Assembly: GCA_963825865.1 (NCBI GenBank)
Contig: CAWGVG010000043.1
Span: forward strand, 1 to 28,333
Origin: an uncultured Nitrososphaeraceae archaeon
Lineage (GTDB): Archaea; Thermoproteota; Nitrososphaeria; Nitrososphaerales; Nitrososphaeraceae
Direction: 5' to 3'
Length of the DNA: 28,333 bases
In this document: positions 11,180-21,744 of the stretch, one piece after another
Layout: each line of letters begins with the position of its first letter
Numbering within the stretch: position 1 is the stretch's first letter
Translations under genes and position numbers: made by a program
Notes under the pieces: generated by a model
The model's database searches: none
What the model was told of the DNA's origin: nothing
What the model saw: only the letters and a program-made list of their open reading frames with translations

Positions 11180-12399
11180 TTGATTTTTATGTTTGAATCA
11201 TACAATAATCCTCCTATCATTGTCGATGAACATTCCAGAAGACTTCTGAAGAAGGATACATTCACAATAGAGGATATAGAGATCTTGGAATCTAAATTCT
11301 CGGATAGGATAGAAATTATTCAGAAGCGAAATGAAGACGAGATAAGAACTCGAGAATATGTTGGCTATATAGTGCTCCCTAATAACATTATAGTCATAAA
11401 TCCAAAGATTCCTGTATAGGGTTTCTTAACATGCTAGGATATGCATTGAATCTACCGGAATTAGGAAAAGAACACCCTGAACTAACAAAAGGAGAAAATT
11501 ACTACGACATCCTTGTTCGATTATCTTTTTTTGGAACTTGAAAAAATATTGAAACAGGACTTTATATAGGATACAAAAATTATGATGATAATGTAACTGC
11601 TTGCGTGGAAAGATTCTCTTCAAAGAAAATCTGACTGTAAATCACAATAGAAATGACAAGATATTCTGTTCTTTTTCCGAGTATCTCCAGACATAACAGA
11701 GAACAGAATAATAAAATTTACTTTATTTTATCTTTCACACTGCTATTTTGTGGACAACACGATTGATGGTCAGTTAATTAGATATTATCAAAGATTAGAT
11801 GGAGTAAGTCTCACACCAATTACACAAGAGCAATTTCAGGTCAATAGAGTATACACCACTGAATTTGCATTATAGGCCCATACTTACTCTTTGCGAACTA
11901 CTATTGAGAGATTCAGCCTTAGATGAGGAAATCGGTGAGAAAACATCAATTTCTTTTTTAATAAACATGAATAAGTTATTTCAGGAATTTATCGTGGAAC
12001 ATATGAGAAAAGACTTGAGCCATACGAAATTGAATTACAGAGACCTGAACACCCAGGGAAAACTGATACGACTCTAAGGTATACATCGACATAATGATAA
12101 GTTATAATGCAATGCCACTTCTTATTGTCGATACAAAATACCAGGAGACACCAGGCAAGCCACAGGAGAGCCATTTAGAACAACTAAGTTTATACTCTAA
12201 TACAACATATGTTAAGAGTTGTGTTCTCATATATGCTGGAAAATCACAAACTCATCGATACGAACTAAAACAAGGTATCATCGTGAATGTAATATCATTT
12301 GATCTGGCAGTGTTAAATGAAGTGGAGTTCGAAAGTAAATGTGATGATTTTATCAATGAAGTTAAAAACATACTTCATTCATTACGAAACAAAAATTAA
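11180..12399 (+). pseudogene. mcrC: McrC-family restriction endonuclease subunit, multiply frameshifted
   Basis: YVGYI...INPKIP, ML.YAL, RGKILF, NRIIK, YRPILTLCELLL, FLINMNKLFQEFI, IDIMI...IVDTKY and QLSLY are spread over several frames. No mcrB in the window. Confidence 0.85.
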
Positions 12400-12980
12400 A
12401 CTATAAGACTATATTCTGGAATCTGGACAAGGGAATGGGGACTACTGGGGAAATAGCTAAGGAAAAATATAATGAATTCAAGCATGCAAGTCGTCATATC
12501 TCGTCTGATAAGTGAGAGTATCAGAATGAATACCAGTATATCAAATTCACGCAATGCTAAAACATGATATTAAATACTCATAACTCAACAGACTATAGCA
12601 ATTGGTATCTGAAGCAATTTTTTACTACAGGGCAAACCGGAGCTAATATAATGGGGAAAGAGAGCCTACAGTTATCGCTACACATGTTCTTCTATCAGTA
12701 TTTGAAGTGGTGGATGATGACCTCTAGTCGGACTTTTGGTCAATGTTGGAGTTACACTGCCAAGCATTTTACATGCAGGTCTCAGGTTTATGATGTAATG
12801 ACTTGCATTTCACAAATTTATTGGCTCAATCATTTGAGTGCACCACCTGTTGCTAAATACATGAAATAATACAAGTCAGATTATTATTTGGGCATAAAAG
12901 TTTAAGAATGAACAAAGTGATGAGGTACCAATACACAAAATTTTTTTGTTTTATTATAGGCTAAATGAAAACATATTGCA

Positions 12981-13409
12981 ATGAGGTATTACAAATTCAA
13001 TAGAGACAGATCTTTAAACCCTCTTCAAAAACGTATAAGGTCATGTAAAAAACTAGGCTATAATGCAAAAAGAGACAACCTGCATATGTTAGACTCATTT
13101 CATTTTGAAAACCAGACCTGGGGTGCTTTGCATAAGGCTTGGAAAGGATATGTTATTGCCAAGAATAAAGACGAACTTAGTAGAATGAAATACTATGCTA
13201 TTGTTATACAGAAGCTAGAAAGGGAATTAGGAATTAAAGTCAGTAGTTTTCCGGAGCTCGACCTTTTGGCCCTTCAATTTTTTCGAGACAATCCAGAATA
13301 TATGGACCGAGAACTAACAGGTGAAGAGATATTCAAAATATTGATGGAAAGGGATAGGGATTTGCTAACAAAGCTATACGAAGGTACATATGAGGAAGAA
13401 GGCTCATAG
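12981..13409 (+). CDS. Hypothetical protein
   Basis: Intact 142-aa ORF containing TWGALHKAWKGY...YAIVIQKLERELG. Confidence 0.7.
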   Translation: MRYYKFNRDRSLNPLQKRIRSCKKLGYNAKRDNLHMLDSFHFENQTWGALHKAWKGYVIAKNKDELSRMKYYAIVIQKLERELGIKVSSFPELDLLALQFFRDNPEYMDRELTGEEIFKILMERDRDLLTKLYEGTYEEEGS

Positions 13410-13499
13410 GTTATCACCTGAGATACTCTAAATAACTTCGTCGTTTGCAGTTACATAGGTGTTTTAGCAACTATATATTAGTAGTACCAGAGAAATGAC

Positions 13500-14022
13500 A
13501 TGGATGCCTTTGAATGTATAGCAACCAAGCTCGAAGTAAGAGAATTCAGCATGCAGGATATTGCATCTGAAATAAGATCAAAGATTCTTGAAGCTGCCAG
13601 ACTAACAGGTACTGGTATGAATACTCAGCACTGGCGATTTATTTTGGTGGAGAGAAAAGACAATCTCAAGAAACTGGCTGAAGATAGTACAAGTGGAAGC
13701 TGGGTTGCACGTGCCAATTTTGCGATAATAGTACTAACAAAATTGATGCAGGAAGGGTGTTACAAAATATGCAACTGGAGCATGGAATCATGGCATAGGT
13801 TCAGGCCTGTTTACAGGAATAATGGAAGAAAAACTTCGAAATGACTTTGCAATTCCAAACCAGCTGAGTCCTTCTGTCATAATAGGCTTTGGATATCCTG
13901 CAAGTAGGTTGACAGGTAAGAAGAAGAAACGTCTGCCGATTCATGAACTGGTTTACTACGAAAAGTATCTAGATGAAATTATAAATTCCGAGAAATATAT
14001 TAAATACTTATGTATAGTATAA
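13500..14022 (+). pseudogene. Nitroreductase family protein, frameshifted
   Basis: MDAFECIATKLEVREF...ILEAARL...NTQHWRFILV and VIIGFGYP...KKRLPIHELVYYEKY lie in different frames. Confidence 0.88.
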
Positions 14023-14152
14023 TCCCCTTTGTACAATAGAACTGTCATCCAGGGTTAAATCCCATCTTAGTCAGTTCAGATCCTAATTCTCAGTTTAATC
14101 AGATATATGCTGGTGACATATCACTGTTTTTCTATTGATATATGGAGCGTAT

Positions 14153-14218
14153 GGCGTTTGCGAATTCGTTCCATTGGGGGTAATTACTGAAGCGCACTTT
14201 GACAAAACGTTCGGCATC
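14153..14218 (+). pseudogene. Internal short-chain dehydrogenase (SDR) fragment
   Basis: GVCEFVPLGVITEAHFDKTFGI resembles the segment that follows the NAG motif in classical SDRs. Confidence 0.5.
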
Positions 14219-14405
14219 AAAACTGCAAAATAGTGATCTTTGTTCATTTTCATATGTTAGGGGTTGGATGAGTCCATATTACATCAGCTCTGAACTCAAT
14301 GTGTGTAAAATAATGTCAATTCAAAAATATGATAGTAGTCAAGCTTATATTAATAGATGAAGTTCAGAAGAGTTTCCTGAATATGCCTAATGAAGGAGAA
14401 GAAAG

Positions 14406-14672
14406 ATGCTAGCAAGTGATAAACCCCTGAAAACAGACGTCCTCATAGTTGGCACAGGACCTGTTGGTTGTACATTTGCTCGCTATCTGGTTCCAGAAGG
14501 TCGAAGAGTCATCATGATTGATGCTGGAGCGCAACTTTCGCCTCGCCCAGGTGAGCATCTAAAGAACGCCTTCGTCTACCAACGGAATATAGACAAATTT
14601 ACTTCCATTGTTCAAGGGATGCTCGCATTCACTTTCGGTACCAAAGAGGACAAGCTATACAATCACCCTTGA
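14406..14672 (+). pseudogene. Pyranose 2-oxidase-like GMC oxidoreductase N-terminal fragment
   Basis: [19 protein letters not shown] motif plus [25 protein letters not shown] and a frameshifted HSLSVP. Confidence 0.8.
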
Positions 14673-14717
14673 TCCAAGCTCGTATTACCATACCTATTAT
14701 GGGCTGATGCTGAACTG

Positions 14718-14925
14718 GGGGAGAAAATTATAGAAGAATTTGGAATTCCATTTATATTCTTGCGGTCAAGCTTCTTTATGCAAAACTTTGTTAATTTCTA
14801 TAACAGCTTTGTAAAAAGTCAGGGAGTTTTTTATGCACCTGCAGAAGATGCTAGGGTTAGTTTTGTTGATGTTCGCGATATTGCTGCAGTAACAGTACCA
14901 TCTCTTATCAATGACAGTAACGATG
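14718..14925 (+). pseudogene. NmrA-like / atypical SDR internal fragment
   Basis: GEKIIEEFGIPFIFLRSSFFMQNF...ARVSFVDVRDIAAV. Confidence 0.8.
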
Positions 14926-15304
14926 CGGTGTTCCACCGGCTTTTTTACAATTATTAATGACTCTTATTTTATTAATAGTGTTCATAAATTGTGTTGGGAG
15001 ACACTATTGCAGATGAAAACCAATCAGGAAACATGTTTCTATGGGTCTTCATTTATTGGCTATTCATTTTTCTATCTAACTTGTCCTTCTTGTTCTTTAT
15101 ATTATACTAACATCAGCTATATCTTTTTTGTTTGAATACAACTGACACTATACATAGAGATATCTGGTAATTGGATAGAAAGGTTGATATCGTTACGCCT
15201 AATCCGCGTGACGTCACGTGTCATAACAAAAGTGTATTTGTCAAGAAAGCAAAAGGGGCCTAGGAATTACTGAAGTCTTAGATACATGTCCTGGTTAGCA
15301 GTAT

Positions 15305-15697
15305 TTGATAGGTACAAGCGTAAACAAAATATATAATTGCGAAGACCTGGACAAAGAGAAAAAGCAACCATACTTTAGAAGAGAATTCGAATTAGCCTAT
15401 TCTGTTGGGACTGGCAATGTCTTTATCGAAGAAACTTTACAACATGCAGAACAATTAGGAAAGAAATACACAGATAGACCCTATAATCCTGATACACAGA
15501 AGTCATTAGGGGTAGATGTGGGCTTTGGATTTAGTAAAACTGCTTTCGTGATAATAGAATATATCGATGGCCTTGTCCATGTAATATACTCAAAGCAATT
15601 TGAGAACAGCAGCACCAACCAAATAGCTGCACATACTTACAATCTCATAAAACGATATCGGTTGGAGAATGGCTCTAACAAGACATTTGTTGATGGC
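15305..15697 (+). pseudogene. Terminase large-subunit-like C-terminal nuclease fragment
   Basis: FRREFELAY...GNVF linker followed by RNase H-fold LGVDVGFGFSKTAFVIIEY and TFVDG; the ATPase domain is missing. Confidence 0.7.
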
Positions 15698-15809
15698 TGG
15701 TATGAGTGTTCCTGGTTCAACCAGCCTAGTACTAAGACAATACAATCACAATCACAATTACTATTTAACAAAAATTTAAATAAACTGGGGACAAGTATTC
15801 AACTAATTG

Positions 15810-16721
15810 ATGGGGTTTGCGATTTAGACGTCCTAAGTCAAATGGAAGCAACAATACCTCCAGCACGAATGTCCCTTCTCAACAACAACCCAGCAGCCAA
15901 TTTGGCCTTTCTAGTATCATCATAATTGGTTCGTTTGTGTTTATTGGTGTAATGTTGTTTATACACTATGTTACTTTAGAGAATGTGCTTAACTCCCAAT
16001 ATATAACGGATAAAAACGTCACAGCAGTTAAGGAAATAATCGATCATGTAAACACATCAAACCAGACCGTATTTAACATCCTTTTGCCGGTATTTGGTGC
16101 ATGGGTTGGTGTTGTGGTGGCTTTTTACTTTGGCTCCGAGCAGGCAAAAAGAACACAGGCCGCTTTCACCGAGCAAGCAAAAAATACGCACGACGTTTTA
16201 ATCAAAGCATTATCTCCTGATGAAGAAAAACTTTCCACAATTAAATACAAAGTCTACTCGATAAATTTCCTGACACTAAAAACATACATAAAGTTACCTT
16301 AGAAAACAAAATAAGCGAAGTTATAGATGAATTTGATAAATCTAAATTATCAGATCTTCTCGTAGTAAAGGATGATAAACCTTTAGGACTACTCTATAAG
16401 GCAGACTTGTATAGCAAAACTGCTATTGCAAAGGACCCGATAGACGAATATAAAACTGGTAACAAGAAAGATTATCCACTTAAACAGATCATAGAAAATA
16501 TGGAACCCGAATTTATTACAGGGGGAAAGTGGGATATAATAAATGGTGTGAAGAATTTTGCAAGCCTTACACCGGATGAAGCATTATTGAACGCTAAAAC
16601 TAAGATGTACTGGGTTAGTACACAAGTCAATGACGTGCGATGCGTCGTTATAGATGATCCATCAAGGAACAGGGTTATTGGCATATTTAGTTATGATTCG
16701 ATTTTATATTTTATAAAATGA
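15810..16721 (+). CDS. Two-TM membrane protein with C-terminal CBS pair; single-base frameshift near 16245
   Basis: TM1 IIIIGSFVFIGVMLFI and TM2 LLPVFGAWVGVVVAFYFGS. The shifted frame gives KVTLENKISEVIDEFDKSKLSDLLVVKDDKPLGLLYKADL and SLTPDEALLNAKTKM...CVVIDD...VIGIFSYDSIL. Start is uncertain (ATG 15810 is out of frame; TTG 15817 is in frame). Confidence 0.7.
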
Positions 16722-17121
16722 TTGACATGCATATCTATTTTCTCTAGAAAATTAGCGTTTATGATTTGCTGCTGTTAGCACTAAATGTATTAGCATATTG
16801 TTGTTGCCTATCTTAAGTTCCAATAACTCTCTCGCTTATATCAAATTGTCATTTCAAATATCATAGAAATTCAACTCGGATATTATAAATTTGGTAACTT
16901 TGGAACTTCTAGTTTTGAATTTCCTGACACAACAGATTCTCTTTTTAACGAACACTATCGGTTTGCAAAGACAATTCAAGAAATGAGAACAGATGAGTGG
17001 AACTGGGAAAAGGAAATAGAACGATTAAAGGATAATAGAGTGTCGGATATTAATCGGAATATTCTGAAAATGCTATCCATCTTAGAGAATATCAAAAACA
17101 ATACAGACAATATGTAACCCC

Positions 17122-17262
17122 TTATAGATTTGAATGGCATTGATAGAGTCCAGTGATGAAAACATAGGCTCCCTCTGCTACAAATCTCTTTGCAGTAGCT
17201 AAGCCAATGCCGCTGGTTCCTCCAGTAATAACTGCAATTTTTCCTTCAAGTTTATTTTCCAT
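17122..17262 (-). pseudogene. SDR N-terminal fragment
   Basis: [38 protein letters not shown] (TGxxxGIG motif), then unrelated sequence. Confidence 0.88.
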
Positions 17263-17280
17263 TTATTACTCTTGTACTGT

Positions 17281-17316
17281 TTAGAATATATATCCTCATT
17301 AGAATATAAATCCTCA
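17281..17316. repeat. 18-bp tandem repeat upstream of the SDR fragment
   Basis: ttagaatatatatcctca / ttagaatataaatcctca, one mismatch. Confidence 0.8.
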
Positions 17317-17338
17317 TTCATTATTTATGTAAGTCTGA

Positions 17339-17962
17339 TCAGCTGTTATTGATCTTTGGGAGACATGATTCGTTTGCTGGTGCTAACAATGGTAATGATG
17401 ATTTGTTAAAAGTGTGATCAGTGTTTATGCAATCTTTTACTAGTTTATTGAAAAGTTTTTCAGCTTCATCTACTATCATAGATGCATTAGCTTCGTTACC
17501 GTAATCCTTTGATGGGTCTTCTTGTGAAGACATATTGTAAAAAATTGACCTATATCTTTCCGGATTATTTCTTATTGATTCAGTTATAGATAAAAGCGCG
17601 CATCTTAGGAGCACTTTTGCATTTGACAAAACGCCGAGCACGTCTTCTCCCACAGCTTTTATGATTTTGTGGTATTCTTCATTATTGTCCTGAAAGTCAT
17701 TTACAAGTGCTTCTAGTTTCACATTTTTTTGGTGTAGCTCAGCCATGTGTCTCCTTTCTTCTTCACAGGACAAACGACTAGAGTCCCGTGTATTACGTAA
17801 ATCTGATATCTGGTCGCTTAATTCCTGCAAAATCAAGGCCGAATTCTTATTACCAGCTTTTAGGGATGCTTCTTCTCTTTTGAGCTTATCACATCTATAT
17901 TCTACGGATGGCAGATCATCATTAGCAATTGTAAGAAGTCTGACCACCTGTCGTGCATCCAT
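17339..17962 (-). pseudogene. Coiled-coil hypothetical protein of thaumarchaeal type, probably 5'-truncated
   Basis: LLTIANDDLPSVEYR...ALLSITESIRNNPERY...SSLPLL; a related C-terminal piece (SKPSSLPLLPP) lies at about 21519-21630. Confidence 0.55.
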
Positions 17963-18135
17963 ACGTGCTACCTTAGACTATTTTCAAGGTATTAAAGAAT
18001 CTACAAAAGCAGAAAATAATTAATGTAGAAAAAGACAATTTCAATAGTCAAATACACCATTTATTTGTTAATAATGATAATCTTATTGCAAATCAATTAA
18101 ATAAGATTGACGACTTTGAGAAGATATTCATACCA

Positions 18136-18552
18136 TTGTTAGAAAGAATAAAAGAAGTCTCCAAATTCTACCCTAAAATGACTAGTCAACTAGATTCATA
18201 CCATGATCTTCGACAAGCAGAAACTATGGAGGACTGGAGTCGAATAGTTGAAGGTTCTGAATTTAAGAAAATAATTGAACCTTATGCTGTTCGTTCAATA
18301 ATGTTTGTTGAGTGTATTCGTATCTTCCGTCAATTATTACAGGCATACATTATTCGTTCAACTTGTATATGGCCTTTTGAAATCAAAGATCGGAAAAAAC
18401 TCAACCAGCTGACTTCTATACTATTCAATAGGCTTGTCAATATACAACTGAAAATGTCAAATATAATTTCAGAAACGTCATTATTTGAGGCTAGCCAACC
18501 TAGTAATTATAAAATGTCATTTTTACCAACTAGATTGATGCAGTTCGAGTGA
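18136..18552 (+). CDS. Hypothetical protein, possibly part of a decayed longer gene
   Basis: 138-aa ORF with protein-like composition. Confidence 0.45.
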   Translation: MLERIKEVSKFYPKMTSQLDSYHDLRQAETMEDWSRIVEGSEFKKIIEPYAVRSIMFVECIRIFRQLLQAYIIRSTCIWPFEIKDRKKLNQLTSILFNRLVNIQLKMSNIISETSLFEASQPSNYKMSFLPTRLMQFE

Positions 18553-19239
18553 TGTATGAAACATTAGGCGGTTGGAGTGATATAAAGAATTAACACTGAA
18601 ATGTTTCAAAAATTTTGGATTAGAAAAAGAACTGAACCTGTAGTAAAGTCACTTTGGAATATTAGAAATGAAATACAGGAATTATCTTAAAGAAAAGAAG
18701 ATTATCTATTCTATTGTCTTTTCTACTAATACTGCTGGCTTGACTTGTGCTAGCTTGGGATTCTGCTGTATCATTGACATAATCTGACTGAACTTCTGAT
18801 TCATTTCTTCACTCATAGCTTTCATATCTTGTTCGTATTTGTCTTGTATTTGTTGAATCTTCTTATTTTCAGCTTCCTTGATTTCGTCAAATGCAGATGG
18901 AACTAATGGATAACTACATTTAGAACAGTATTTGTTTTCTATTGCATTGACTAAACTGCATCTGGGACAATTAAGGATTGATGGTTTTCTCTCTATCTGT
19001 TGTTCTGAAATAATACCATTTTGAAGAAGTATCTTTTGCTTTAAATCATTACCCATCCTCTTCTTGATGTACCTAGACCCTTGCTTTGAATTCATACTCC
19101 ATCGCACCTTTTTCTTCAGTGCATATTCTGGTAAAAAGTCAGAATCAGAAGTAATAGCCGAGTGGCGTATACAATATGGATTCCATTTCTTTGTCTTTAT
19201 TAAAAGCTCTAATTTCTGACGTTCGCTTTCATCGAGCTA

Positions 19240-20403
19240 AAGTGAAGTGTCTGAATTTATGTCGTTATTTGTTCATTACATAACCTAGATTTGGAAATAG
19301 TTAAAGCTTAGCAAAGGAGATATTTTCATTCTGTGAATCATCCTTTCAAACTCAAACTTACCATAGGACAGAGGAACAAATTAAAGTCATTTATGAAGAA
19401 TACGGGTAACAAAAAAGAATACCGCAGGCTACTGGCTATACTCCAAAAAGCTGAAGGTAGAACTTACGAAGACATAGCAAATGAACACGGAGTCAGCAGC
19501 AGGTCTGTACAGAGATGGGTTGCTGCCTATATCCAAAGTGGGATAGATAGAATAAAGATGAAGAAACCTGGCGGAACAAAATCTGGCATAACAGATGAAA
19601 ACAGAGAGATTATTCTATCAGCATTATTTAACGACCCGCACATCTTTGGTTATCTTAGAAATACATGGAGTCTGAGATTACTTGCAAACTGTCTGACAAA
19701 TGAGCTAGGAATTCCAATCAGTTTCAAGCACCTGCAGCGAATAACAAAAGATTTAGGAGTTAGGTGCAAAAGGCCAAAACTGGAATTGCTACATGGAGGA
19801 GAGGATTATGAAGAGGGAAAAGAGAAAGTGCAAAACTACAAACAGATAGCTTCAGCTCTGAAAAAAAGGGAGTTATAGTAGCATTTGAAGATGAGACTAT
19901 TATAACACAGAAACCTTGTATTCGAAAATCCATGAGTTTTGAAGGTGAGCAACAAAGGATAGAACATACTGGTAGTAGAAAGAAGTTCTCTGCATACATA
20001 TCCATGGTATGGCCTGAAGAGAAATTAATGACGTATGATTTCTATGATAAAATGTATTCTACGAATACTATCGACCATCTAGAGAATCTCAAGACAAACA
20101 TTATGAAAAATGATTGGTGGAAAAGACTGGTACTCATATGGGATAACGCTTCATACCATGTAAGCCTAATGGTACGGAATTATATCAATGCACAGAGAAA
20201 GAAGACTGGCTGACCATAATCCACCTTCCAAAGAAAGCACCATACCTAAATCCGAATGAAAGGAAAGTAAACCAGCAAATAAAGTCAGATGTATGTGCGA
20301 ATAGATTCTATGAACATATGGAAGACCAGAAAGCTGCAGTATCAGAATATTTGGACAAACGATTTGGAAGATGGTATGACGACATTAGTTATGACACTTG
20401 ACT
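19240..20403 (+). mobile_element. IS630-family insertion sequence
   Basis: Imperfect TIRs (left aagtgaagtgtctgaatttatgtcgttat; right reverse complement agtcaagtgtcataactaatgtcgtcat), TA on both flanks (19238-39 and 20404-05), length 1164 bp. Confidence 0.9.
19333..20401 (+). pseudogene. IS630 transposase (HTH + DDE) in three frame segments
   Basis: HTH ORF 19333-19878; -1 frame VAFEDET...LIWDNASYH; a further shift near 20200 gives HLPKKAPYLNPNE, ending at TGA within the right TIR. Confidence 0.88.
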
Positions 20404-21744
20404 TATCGAACCATTTTCCAGCAAACGGACTGTTCGCTTTCTCAATTGCTTCATTACAGTGCATAGAGCGTCAGCATTTATGGGACCTCCTGTTAAAAGA
20501 TTGCATATTAACCTAGCATTTTGCTCATTTTTAAATGGATGTTCATTTAACCAATCACGTACGTATGGGAATGAACACGTAAGTAATACAGGACCAGTAC
20601 CAGTTTGGATTCCTGTGGAATTTCGCCTTCACCATATCGTTATTTTAATCTTATATGCTTGATTTTAAGCAAAGTAAACTCATGATTGCGAGCGTCAAGA
20701 TCCCATAGCAGGGATAAAGCTGCTTTGTTGCGTTTATAAGGTTCGTATTTTATTATTGTAAGAATATCATCGCGTTCCCATAATTCAGATTCCAAATAGG
20801 GGCTAATGCGCTTGGTTCTTTTCTCTTTGATTTGAGCAAATACTGGTGTTATCCAATCAGAGTTTGGTAATATTTCAATCTCATTATTCTTTTTTTGTTT
20901 GCAATTCCAAAGCCATCTAATAAAATACTTGATACGCTGTAGATAATCATTCCACGTTCTAATCCATCTTTTATCTGGATCTATCACTGAATCTTTTATT
21001 TTAGTATCTAAAAAAGCTAAGAATATGTTCCTTTTTATTTATGCTATAAAGGTCATTATTAGGACCCAAGAACTTGGCAAAATATATCATTATCTTTAGA
21101 TTACCATTTTGATAGCATTCTGATGTGCCATTTGTTTTCATATATTGATGGAAATCGCGTAACAACTCGGCGTTTGTGGAGTTTGGTATTGAGGTAATGG
21201 TGTTAATTGTAGAGAGTTTCATTGGCATCGTCTAATCGACCTCCTCGCTGATGACGTATCTACATGATTTGCAGTATATGAACCCGTATAGTTAGCGGGT
21301 TCGGTGGAATTCAGAACAAATTTGACTCAATTTTTCCACCCAAAGGGAGGTGAATGACTAACCAAAGATAGTTGTAAACATTATATGGAGTCCTTTGAAA
21401 TCACCAAAGCAGGCTATATTTCAGAAATATCCCTGTAGTTGAGCAGGTCACAGGAAACAAACCGGTGACTTTTATTCAATTTACAAAGGATTATGCAGGA
21501 GCTTTTAAATGAGTCCGATTACCTGCTGCTTTTAGACTTGATCTCGTATGACTTTTCTTGTTCTTCATTATATGGTGGGAGCAAAGGTAATGATGATGGT
21601 TTGCTAAGAGGATAGTCAATAATAATAACCTCCGCTAGATTATGAAACTCTTCAGGAGGTTCGGAGGCCACGGAGATTAGTTCCTGTATGTACTGGGTTG
21701 ACATTATGCAAACAAAAATGATAATGTACACCTTTACGTTGCTC

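Larger units (their letters stand above)
18706..21228 (-). pseudogene. Tyrosine recombinase/integrase with C-terminal zinc ribbon, frameshifted and interrupted by IS630
   Basis: Collinear motifs LLWDLDARNHE (R), KTG (K), WNPYCIRHSAIT (R), VRWSMNSKQGSRYI (W, Y), then CPRC...CSKC. The coding sequence is split at LLENGSI / LDESERQKL. Confidence 0.9.

Noticed and set aside
12564-12869. 101-aa ORF downstream of mcrC
   Set aside because: Atypical composition and no recognisable motif; not supported as a gene.
15698-15925. C-terminal extension of the terminase-like ORF
   Set aside because: Similarity ends at FVDG, and the rest runs through the promoter and start of the 2TM-CBS gene.
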